Of a DNA stretch of 64,000 bases, positions 52,740-64,000 are shown piece by piece (within the stretch, counting starts at the first letter, position 1; the number at the start of each line of letters is the position of its first letter). This stretch comes from Felis catus (Eukaryota). The stretch lies in contig NC_058368.1 of NCBI RefSeq assembly GCF_018350175.1, positions 182,468,001 through 182,532,000 of the forward strand, written 5' to 3'. Both the position numbers and the translations under genes were made by a program. The notes beneath the pieces were generated by a model. It worked only from the letters and a program-made list of their open reading frames with translations. It was not told the DNA's origin and made no database searches.

Positions 52740-53670
52740 ACAGGAAATAAATACCTCAAGAGAAAAATGGGTACAACAATTTATAACATAAATATAAGTG
52801 GCATGTAAAATATAAACATTAATAAATCATAACAAAATAAGTATGAATATAAACAGTGAGATCGGATCATAAATCAGTGGGGCAGTGTGATTTGAATCAA
52901 CCTTCCTAGTATATGATAGATCAATATCTATCAAAACCATAACAATGTACATGACTTAGACCTTAGCCTTAGTAATTTCACCTATAATAAAGGAATCTAA
53001 GGTGGAAAAGAGCAAAGCTATATAGAAAGACATAATTTTATAGGGAAAATGTTCAAACATTATATACAATAGCAAAATAGACAAAAGATAAAAGTATTAA
53101 AATATGTCATTTAAAAAATAAAATTCCAGGGGCACTTGGGTGTCTCAGTTGGTTGAGTGTCCATGACTTCAACTCAGGTCATGATCTCATGATTCATGAT
53201 TTTAAGCCCCACATTGGGCTCGCTGCTGTTAGCTCAGAGGCTGCTTCACATCCTCTGTTTCCCTCTCTCTGCCCATATCCTGCTTGCACTCTCTCAAAGA
53301 TAAAATATAGTTTAAAAAAATTTAAAAATAAAATAAAATTCCAAACATTACACAACCATGTAAAATGTATTTTTTATAATAAAATATCTGATGACATATA
53401 GAAATGCATAAGATATTTTAAATATAAAAATAGGGTTCAAAATATGCATCTGTAATCTGTGGTCTTCAAAATGCAATCCAATATCTTACACACACATACA
53501 CACATATACAAACAAGTATAAATACACACGTCTATGTGAAAATTAAAAAGCTAGAAATATTTTACAAATTTCAACATTGATAGGATTATAGGTATTTTTA
53601 TAAGTTTTTCAGTATTTTCTTCATTAAAATCTACTACTTTTTAATCAGAAAAACAATATTATTTAAAAAA
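52740..53670 (+). mobile_element. Very degenerate L1ME-like 3' region interrupted by a SINE
   Basis: aatatctatcaaaa..gaccttagccttagtaatttcac; ttttaatcagaaaaacaat end. Confidence 0.45.
53128..53330 (+). mobile_element. Can-SINE
   Basis: ggggcacttgggtgtctcagttggttgag; TSD aaataaaattcca on both sides. Confidence 0.92.
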
Positions 53671-54674
53671 AAAAGAGCTTGTTGTAGATAACTCTTAATG
53701 TCATTCCTCAGTTTAAATCCTTCATTTTCCACTACATTATGGTGAGCAGCATTAGCTTCTTATGGTATAGAAAATTGCCTATTCTGTAATATAGAATAAT
53801 TGGGGCATCTGAGAGTGTTTGGGATTTTATAAACAATAAAGTTAAATTGATTACTAGTTTTCCTTTTTGAAACCAGATCAAATCGTAATTGGCTACTAAT
53901 AATACTATCTGACTCAACTATAAGAAACTTTGAAAAAAAGCCTCATGAGTGAAACTACAACTTATGCCATTTTGAAAAAGTACTTAACCCATTTAACTTT
54001 AAATAATAATTACCTATAAGATAAAAGCTTAAAAGAGAAGTTAGGGGAGATACCGTGTTTTAACATTTGCATCCCCCTGAGACCTTAATGTGCTAAGAAA
54101 GAAGGAAGAAAATCATACAGAAGCTTTTGGAATTCAATATTACTTAGTCACTGAGATGGCATCGTTAAAATGTTCTGTCTTATAAAATAATTATCCTTTC
54201 CAAATGGCAGTGAGAGGAGACTGCCTGACTTTTACCAGGATGTTGTCACATGGGACTAAAAGTCTTGAGGCAAAAAAAGAAAGTTGGAAAAGACCATGGT
54301 ACTAAATCAATCTGGTAAATATATACAGAACATATTTCCATTTATGTTTTCAGCTAATTCGTGTATTTTTCTCTAGTAGAGAATGAAAACAATGTGTTTG
54401 CTATCTTAGACTTCCCAAATAAACTATTTCTTACTGAAAAAAAAAACACTGATTAATAGTAATTTATAGGTGAAAAAATGAAATTTGGGAGGGCTGAAGG
54501 AATTTGGTTACTTTCAGTTGAATTTTTCAAGGACAGAATGAAGGAGGAAGGTTAAAATGTGGGTGTAGGAGCACTCTTCCCAGAAGAAAGTTAAGTGACC
54601 ATAAAGTCATTTTATTTTTCATTCAATCAATTTAGAACTTGTTTGGGTATCATGAAGTATTTGCCAGAAGGGCA

Positions 54675-54707
54675 ACACAGACACACAGACACAAGCACAC
54701 ACACGTG

Positions 54708-54754
<47 letters not shown>
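54675..54754. repeat. (CA)n microsatellite
   Basis: Directly visible. Confidence 0.95.
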
Positions 54755-54758
<4 letters not shown>

Positions 54759-57707
54759 AAAACCCATAAACCTAAAGAGTGATAGAGTTTGGAAACAGAG
54801 ATAAATTTCCCATTATAACAGAATCTAAATCAGTGCTTTGAATAAAACATCAAGAAATAGGAAAGCTGGCATACATAGCCCTAATGAGAAAAAAATAAAA
54901 CTTTATAGAGAAATCCACATCTTAAAGAAAGTCTTAGGTCACATAGTTTCATTATTCTTGTATAAGTACCAAATAATTTTATTTATTTTGAAACAACACT
55001 GACACTTGCAATTTTAAAGAATACATTTGAAGGACTGAGAAAAATGTTAAATTTTCCCTAAAAATGTTAACCAATTTAAACTTCTTTCCTCCTCAACTAA
55101 AGTAAAATTATCCCCTATCTACTAAGTACCTAATGTGGAGTCTGCTAACACTCTAGAGGATGTAAGAGAAATACAAGATATCCCCTATGAGTTTCTTAGA
55201 TAGTTTGCTTAAGAGATGGAACTGACACAAAATGAAAAGATAATGGCACTGGCAGAATAGAATCAATGATCAAATTATGCAGTACAGGGGAAAAGCACTT
55301 TGATTCTACAAATTGCTGTGAAAACATCATAAGCTGTGAGAAAAGGAAAAAAAAAAGATCGAGGCAGAGTGGAGGATGGGGCAGTGAGAAAACCTATCCC
55401 TCTTATGGGGCAGTGGGAGAACCTATCCCTCTTACACAGGGACCTAGGGAGAGTGTTCTACTCCCAAACGGCTATTTTCTTCCTTCTAACACCTTGGGTC
55501 ACTTTAGGACCTGAGATGTTTTTGAGCATTTGGAAAAAGAGAAAAGAAATGGTGAGGGGTGCATTTGAAAATCATTTTAGAGTAGGTGTTTATTTTAGAG
55601 AAGATTCTCAAAAAATTTCTGGCTTGTCTAGGTGCCTTGGGTTCTGTTCTGGAATCACTTTTTGCTCTTTAAATGCTGTTTAGGAGCAAGTCCTCACATG
55701 CCACTGGACACTCTTCCTGTTGACAATTTTGACCTTTATTAATTCAGGTCTGCTCAATCTCCACTACTGATCTGTCAATGCTGACACCTTGTCACACTCT
55801 GATTTTGCAGAGAGAATGCTGAAAGAGTTCACAGGCCATCACACTGGTTGACTTGATACCAGAAAGAAAATAATAATAATAATAAACCTAGAAACAACCT
55901 CATTTGCTTTCTATATTTAAACACAGGCTAAATCGAAGTTGCACCAAGGATTATTCATGTGTCCCCGAGAGTTCTAAAGATGAATACCAGACATACTAGG
56001 GGAATAGTTATACTATTCATATGCTTATATAAATTGGTTTTCATGAGTAAATTTCCTGGTTTGCCCTTTTCTGCTGAGATATGTCCCTTGTTGTAGGAAA
56101 ATGCAATAAAGCAATGCAGTGTGTTTTTTAATCTGTGGAAAGTTGAAAAGGTTACGTGCTGTGTGCGAGTTTTCTATTCTCAGAATATACATACACATTC
56201 CATGAAACAAAAAGAAACCAGCATAATATGTCTTTGTTATCCCTACACTGTAGCTTTCTGGCAGAGAATGTGTAAAAGTAACTTTGCAGAGAAACAGCTG
56301 TTTGTTTTTGTAAATTTCCATTGGCAATCCTGACCCTAAGTCTTTTCTATGCAAGGAAACTAAAAATGAGAGGTGTGCACCCTTTAAGATTAAGTTATTA
56401 CACTTCGCCATTTAGGCTAGGTGCTGTTTAACCAATAAAATAAACTACAATTTGCTGATATTTACTTAAAACTTAGATACTTTTGTTTCACCAATCTTTC
56501 ATCAGATTAGCCACACTATGATTGTTATTAACTAGGAATCCCTTACTGGTTAAACTGTCATTAAGATTAAGTATTATTTTTTTTAATAATATTAATGTTA
56601 AATTTGAATAATCTATTGATATTAGTCACTTTCCTTAAAAGTAGCCAACAGAGGGAAAACAGGATGTGGAATGTTAAAGTTTTCTCTGGAAAGGGCTAAC
56701 TGGGTTTTATAGAGGGATTATATCATCAAATTTAAGAACTGGAATTTGAAGAAACTGGACCTTAGATACTTTCCATCACTCAGCAGATGCAAATATCAAT
56801 GGAATTCTGTGAGTCATGTGGGTTGCTCAGCAGGAGAAAAGTATAGCCCAAATCTCAAGGTTTCCAGTGTCCTTCCTTCCCTTTTCTATGCTGCTGCTTG
56901 TAACAGTAATTCGGAGTTAGGTACAGATGCAAAATGTGCAAAAGAAAGAAGCCCAAACTTCATGCATCTCAAGTTTTACAAGTATTTCCAACAATGAGTT
57001 AAATCTTGTTTTTTTTTTAAGTTTTAGTGAAATAAGATAGAAGTGCAAATCTTTTAAATGACAATAAAAATCTTCAAACTTTAAAGCTGAGGGATGGAGA
57101 CAAGAAAAGGCCACCCTAGGTTTTTTGTAATTTCTTTTCCCTTCAACGCTGCATATAGGCAAAAGAAAACTGGGCCAAGGGGAAGGTGAGTGGACAATTG
57201 CATTAACAGCCAAGTTGATGAAGGTGAACCGTGTGTCAGACGCTGTGCTAGGAAGAACTTAACACTCCTCTCACTGAGTCTTGACCCAGTGAGAAATTAT
57301 TCAGACAGCATGTCTGAGCAAAAGAGACCTAACATGTAAACTCAAGTTCAGTGATGAAAAAGTTTTTTCGTAAATAAAATCTGCCTTAAAATAATATAAA
57401 TGATTGTATATAAATTATGGGTTACTTTAAAAAGTAAGTCTTCTGCTTTTTTTTTCCATTGTATTTCATTGTATTTTAAGGGCCTTGAAAACAAAAGTAC
57501 TGAAGTGCACCTTGTGAATAATGCATGTAAGAGAGCAGGTGACCTAAGAATGCACATACTAGGTTAGAGAAAAGCATCTGGTATCTTTGAAGTAAATAAA
57601 AATTTTATATCCTGTACATATTCTTTCTCCTGAAGGACACTCAACCTTTCTTTGGTACCCTTTTAAGGGAACACGAATGCCTTAAAATTTCCAACATATG
57701 TATATAT

Positions 57708-57708
<1 letters not shown>

Positions 57709-57751
<43 letters not shown>
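57709..57751. repeat. (CA)n microsatellite
   Basis: Directly visible. Confidence 0.95.
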
Positions 57752-57753
<2 letters not shown>

Positions 57754-60033
57754 ATATGCAATTTTTTCCAGAGATGGTATTATTACAAGAATATAGAGAA
57801 AAAAATGCAAAGAAAGGGGTCTATTTTCAATATTCTTCATCTGCCAATGGGCAAGCATAATATTTGAATTGTTAATCCCAAACCATTATTATCTTTTCAC
57901 TAAAGCAATCTTCTAAATATGTAAATTTGGCAACCTATTTCTTATATGACTATTAAAGGCAATCAATTATTTATTTGGTGTATTATTTATGTATATTAAT
58001 TTAACCTAATTATTTATTCACATGCAGACCAACCTCCATCATGCTTTCACTGGATTGGTCAAATACTTTATGATGCATATGAGAATGAAAAATTAGGTGC
58101 AGTAGATTTCATTAACCAGTCCCTGACAGCACCTTTACCATTAGCAAACTTAGTTTATCAGATTGGTGTTAGCATCTGAAGGAGTAGTCACTAATTCCAT
58201 CTACATTAACACTGTTTTGTCTGTTGTTATCAACAAAGGTTTTATATTCTTAGTTGATCTTTAGTACAGAAACAATGCACATGATATACCAGCATGATCA
58301 TACCTATAAGCTTCTTTTAAATATATCCATTCTCTGAAAGTTCTTTTCAGGTTAAGAAATGTGGCACATTTCTGTTGTATGAGTCACTTAACATAGGACA
58401 CCCAACGTGTGTTCCAAGAAAAGCAGGCCCACTTGATCCTCTAATACAAATAGTGTAATATGATTACCTAGGTTTGTGAAATATCCCTGTTGTAAACTCA
58501 GTATGCCTTGCCATATTTTAAAGACACTTAGATGTTCTAGAGTAAGAAATGTTTACCTGGACCTAAACATTTTTCCTCAAACTTATTTGAACTCAGAGCC
58601 TTTTTGTTGTTCTGAGTTAGGGTATCATAGAAAATACTTTGGAAAACTCTGTCCTGGCACAACAGGGCATAGTTAAATAATAAAAAGAATTAGGGAATAC
58701 ACCTATGTGGTTCTAGGAATTCTGGGGAGGAGGTTTTCAAATAGACATAAAGAAAGGTCATGACACTCTTTAAATTACGTGATTCGCTAACCTTCTGCAA
58801 CCTTACAGAGATTTCCCACCACTGTGGAAAAATAACAAACAACAAGGAAGTGAGAAATAAATCGAATCCATGTATGTTTTCTCTTATTCATTATCTGTTA
58901 ATTATTGTATGCAATACGGTAAGAAGTGAGAATTTTCTTTAAGTAATTTATGAAAGCTCTCCATATATCATCAAAGTCATCACTCCTGCCCTCAGTTCTA
59001 TACTCTGCCCTTTAGTATGCAGCTGAAGATGGCATTAATAATAATGTCTAATTAATGGATACCTATCCATTTCTCTGAAGAAAGTTGCATGGCACATTTC
59101 CAGAGTCACAGGAATGCCCTTTTAGAACACTGAAAACTGGACTGAATTTTTCAATGCCAAAGTCAAAGATGTTTGCAGTAGTATCATACTGTGCTCAGCT
59201 GAAATTTCACATGTGAAACTTCTCACCAAATCAGAAACAGCATTTGGAGCATGGATGCAAATAAACTGAAGAAAATCTCATCTTGGACTTCTGGGAAGTC
59301 ATTAAAGAATGTTTTATTCTACATTAAATAAATATTACTGTCAAACTATCACCCGTTTTCTTCATAGATCTTCAATGTATGATAATCAGGTGTTAATATT
59401 AATATGATTCATTGGGGAAGATGAGGAAAATAATGAAGTCGCATGGAGGCAACTGACATTGCTGCAGAGATGAAGAAATTCACAAAATGAGATCTGTGGC
59501 CATTTTATCACAAAACTTTCACTCAGAAACAGCCTATGTATAGGCTTCTTTTTCTTTAAAATAACCAGTTATATTTCTTCTACAAAAAAAAACAAATTAT
59601 GTTTTTGTTAAGTCTAAAAAAATATGAGTTTCAACTTAAAAACACTTAATATTTAAAGTTTCATTTTGTAAACTTTTCGTTAATTGGGCATTTTAAAATA
59701 CTCCGTTTATACTTTAATGGTGATATATTTTAAAGATAGCTTCTGTAAAACAGCTAGACCCCATTTGGTCCAAATAGGAATATCAAGACTTACAGAATTT
59801 CTAAAGAATATGGTACAATACCCTTATTTTAACAGTTGGCAAAATTAGATAGAGGGATGTAATGTGACTTTTACAGACTGATATAACTTTTTTATTTTAA
59901 GGCAACACTGAGACAATTTTGAACTGAAAAACCACAAAGATATATTTTTGAGATAAAATATATAAATATCTAGAACTTGTTTAACAGGGAGAACTATTAT
60001 TTGTCATCTATCGAAAGACATAGAAAAGTCCTT

Positions 60034-60390
60034 TGTAAGGGCTGGATGTTTCTGTCTCCCCAAAATGTATGTGTTTAAACCCTAACTCTCAATGTAATGG
60101 TAATAGGAGGTGTGCCCTTAGGGAGGTGGTTAGGTTATGAGGATTAAGTCCTCATGAATGGGGTTAGTGCCCTGATAAAAGAGACCCCAAAGAGCTCCTT
60201 TACTCCTTCCATCATATGAGGACACAGTGAGAAGATGGCCATTCTATAAACCATGAAGAAATCTCTCACCAGAGACTGAATCACCCTGTATCTTGTGTTC
60301 TCTGGCTTCCAGAACTATGAGAAATAAATGCTTGTTTAAGTCACCCAGTATACGGTACTTATGTTATAGCAGCTTGAATGAACTAAGACA
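60034..60390 (+). mobile_element. MLT1A-like MaLR solo LTR
   Basis: tgtctccccaaaatgtatgtg..atgaatggggttagtgccctgataaaagagacccc..tccagaactatgagaaataaa..ttatagcagcttgaatgaactaagaca. Confidence 0.9.
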
Positions 60391-60884
60391 GAAATTGGTA
60401 CAAGCTGACATAAATATATATACACACACACACATATATGCTGATACTGAGACAACTTGTTGTGAACTGAAAAAGGACATATATTTTAGAAATAAAATAC
60501 ATGTGTCACTTTTTTTTAACCAGAAGAATAGTAATCAATTATCTATTCAACAACAAACTGAAAAGTCTTCAAATGCATATAAGCAACCTGGACCCCAATG
60601 AAATTATATGTTTGGCTTAATGTCACATAGCTGGTTAACTATATAGATTTACACAAACCACCATGTTTCCTGACATCCTATATGTAACTATCCATTATCT
60701 ATAAACTTTTATTGATTCTGGACAAGTGAGAGTCACTACATGAACTATGAATTACAATTCTTCAGAAAATATACTTAAACACTGCTGCTATATGTAAGAA
60801 GAAAGCAATGCATACATGTAACTAACACAGATTTCATAGAGAGAAGGAAAAGACTCAGGTCATGGTTCTAAAATTTATTATCTA

Positions 60885-60970
60885 TGTACTGAGTCTCAGT
60901 TTTCTCATCTGTAAATTAAAGGTGATAATAAACCCTGTAGCAGAGAGATTCATGAGGATTAAATAAGAAA
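60885..60970 (+). mobile_element. MIR core fragment
   Basis: ctgagtctcagttttctcatctgtaaatt..atgaggattaaataag. Confidence 0.7.
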
Positions 60971-61829
60971 ACTGACAAAACACAATTTTGGCATGCTGTA
61001 AATACAAAGAGTTATAGAAAGATCAATGATCTCTATTAGACTATTTAGGGGTAATTTTAAGGTGATAAGTTGCCCAACTGAATCACCAATGATAAGTTCT
61101 GAGTGCATTTACTAAATGCTGCAGAAGGAATCCTATTTCAACTGTTCCCTTAAAACAATAAATCCCTGACTTGCCCCCTTTGGTCAGTTTCATAATTATA
61201 CCATATAGGATATGGAGGGGAAAAGATCCCAGTTAAAATATGGGTTTTCTGGTTTACCAGTTTTCATGCGACTGAAAGTAAGGAACCACTAAAGTCATGT
61301 GGCCAGTGCTTCAAACCAAGGTTTGTGGAGTGTCCTGGTGGCTTCTGGCCCTATGATTTTTTCAAACCTTAGTGGACATAAACTTGAGAGTGGGGAGAGT
61401 GAAAATGACCTATAAAAACAGGAGAGTGATTTCTAACTCTCAAGTGTCAGAAATTTCAATGCCATATTTCTTTAGGTAGACTTCTCTTTTGTTCTGTGAA
61501 AACCATCTAAACTGAGCTTTTTAGTTATGCAAATGAAAAGCAAATAACTTTCCTCTGAAATGGAGATGGAGTTCTAAAGATCAAAAAACTATTTCTTGGG
61601 TAAGAATGTAAAAATTGTCTACGTCGGTTGTTTTAGGAGAAAATGCCTTATTAAGAAGGAATTTGTTTCACCTCCTTGAACGAGAAGCGTAGACACAGAA
61701 AACTCTTCATAAAACAATATGTGATATCCTGGGCCCACATGAAAATTGCCTGAGATCCCATAAAATGAAGTATGGCCCAGAGTCACTCCCAATCTCTATA
61801 CAGAAACCTGCCTCATTCTTATACACATA

Positions 61830-62460
61830 TTACTGTTATTATTTTGTTGTTTCATTTTCTGAGCCACTTTTGTAACTGTAAGAATTGTCTCTTCATTTCT
61901 AAATTATTTTTGGTTCTTTTTTCAGATCTTTCTGCTCTTTTTCACAGCATCTTCTTGGTTGTTCATTTTGTGACTCCATCTTATATTTTACATATTTACA
62001 TATTTTATGTGTGTGTGCAATCATTTTCTATTCTCTATTTCCTAAGTGTGAGTTCTGAAGTACTCGGGGGTCTAAATCTTTTATCTAGTGTTTCTGCCAA
62101 CTCTCAAGCCACTCCTTTTCTGACACATTTTGGGATATTTGAATGGAAGTTCATATTTGTTCTTTTCTGGGGAGTATTTAAATGCTTTAATTCATGGTGT
62201 TTTTCTTCAGATATTCTCCCTCATTCAAGAGTAGCTCTTTCCATAAGCCAAAGATCACTACTGACTTTGGTCTACTCCTGTCACATTCTGGCTTCATCCT
62301 AAAAATTTATAAGTAGGCCAAAGGTTTACACCCTCCCAGAAGGACCAATATATGTGCTCACAGCTCACAGTTTTGATCTCTGTTCATTGTTTAATTTCTG
62401 TTCCTCTTTTCCTTAGCCTTTGGCAATTTCCTTCATGTCCTTTATCCCAGCAACACAATA
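61830..62460 (-). mobile_element. Degenerate old L1 fragment (antisense)
   Basis: T-rich ttttcatttctaaattatttttggttcttttttcagatct..ttctgaagtactcggggg, typical of antisense L1M 5'/ORF1 remnants. Confidence 0.5.
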
Positions 62461-64000
62461 ATAATATTATTTTATGCTTACATTGATTGTTGAAGGAGGG
62501 TCTTTCAGATATTGGCTTTGCCTTATTGCTCTAAGAGGAAGATCAACTTTCTTCATTGGTAAAATGGTTATTTGGCCTCTCTCCCTTGTTCCAGTTAGAT
62601 GTGAACATGTATGCAAAAAGCCAATGGTAAGGGAGTAGAACTTAGGTGTGTACATTCTGGGTCACTTTAAAGACAAGTTGCTTGTCTTTGACTTACTACT
62701 CAGTCCCTAACCCCCTTCCTACTGTCTGAAAAACACTAACAAATGGAGCCATAGCTGTGTATCAGTGAAGGAAGCCACACATTGAGAAGGTCAAAGCCTA
62801 CTGGCCAGCCTGAATCCCTACATGACTGCATGGATGAGAGATTCTTACCTGGCCTGAATGCTGAATGAAAAGAAAGACCAAAACAAACTCCTCTATTGTT
62901 TGAATCTCTATAGTGTGGCCTTCTAAAGCAACCAACCTCTATCTTAACACATGTACTTCCTTTTTAGGGGATAACATGAATAGATAACCTAAAAACTCGA
63001 AGGCAAGGAAATGTCAACTTTTACAAACAAGTTCTCTAATCTTTTAACCGAAGACTGCAACTGAAATTAAAATAAAGCAACCAATACCTAGGGGAAGAAA
63101 AAAAAAAAAAGAACACAGAGAGAAGGAGGCATAAAGAGTTTAAATGTGACAGAAAACTGGAAAAAGTCTATCTTATCTTATGCTGGTATGGGGGGGGGAG
63201 TTGTAATTACCCAGTAAGATAAAAGCTGTTGAATTTGTGGCAATGGAAATATTAAGACAAATTAAATACCAAGCTTATCTCTCCTCTGTGCTATCAATAT
63301 TTTATACCAAACATCTGTTCCTTGTATCTCATCTCAGAAACACTTTTACACTTTATCAGCACAAGCACAGATTTTCAAAGCAAATTAAGCTAAATCGTTT
63401 TCACTTAATCACCAATTGATCACAACATACAGAAATGTCACATATTGATCTCTAAGAGCCCCATTTTCCCCAATTCAGAAAAGCATATTGGAGGAAACAC
63501 TTGATTTGCAATGAGAATGCACTGGTTAGGCTTCTGACATATTTTAAGCAGGAAGCATTTCAGTGATTAAAAGAATAAAATAACAAGTATTTTCAATGAG
63601 AGGTGAAAAATAGGCAATTTCCACCTTTTAGTTAACAGTCTTAGAGTAACAGGAGATCCTTCCAGACCCTTCAAGCTTTTTTAAGTCTCATTGGAGAATG
63701 CCAAGGAGAAGATGGCCATTTTTGTGTTGTAGGCCACTGTAATTTTAATATATAGGCACACCTAAGAATTAGAAGCAATCCTTCTTCCTGAAATTGGCTG
63801 AAGGGCTATTAGTCAATGCTAGGCAGGCCACATGCAGATTTGTTGCTAATCACTGACCTGGTCCAGCAACTGCATGTTCCAATGCCCATGGGAGCTGAGC
63901 GGCTAACAAAAATGAGTGAAGATACACATTCTGCCCATATTGTATGGGTAGGTGATGTTCAATTCCAGATAACTACTGTTGCCTGGTACACATGCAGACC

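Noticed and set aside
61772..62302. 176-aa ORF, the longest in the track
   Set aside because: F/L/S-rich translation of T-rich antisense L1-like sequence; no recognisable domain.
1..64000. Novel prokaryote-type system (CRISPR array, operon, defence locus)
   Set aside because: The DNA is mammalian and repeat-rich, with no long ORFs and no regular repeat-spacer array.

Overview
Eukaryotic, AT-rich, essentially non-coding mammalian DNA, very probably from a felid. About 17 tRNA-derived Can-SINEs are present, most of the SINEC_Fc type. I find no intact protein-coding gene and no exon I can support; nearly all supplied ORFs are chance or repeat-derived. The one protein-derived element is a decayed processed pseudogene of mitochondrial ribosomal protein S11 (MRPS11) on the minus strand (about 50651-51529), with polyA signal, tail remnant and target-site duplication (TSD). 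The rest is ordinary transposon debris (L1, L2, L3/CR1, MIR, MaLR/ERVL LTRs, MER5A, MER20, Tigger2) plus microsatellites. The most unusual structures are a near-identical 133-bp dispersed duplication with a palindrome-rich junction, a SINE that reused the pseudogene's target site, a tail-less SINE and a 5'-inverted L1. I see no evidence of a new biological system. Repeat family calls come from recalled consensus motifs, not a database search, and boundaries are approximate.
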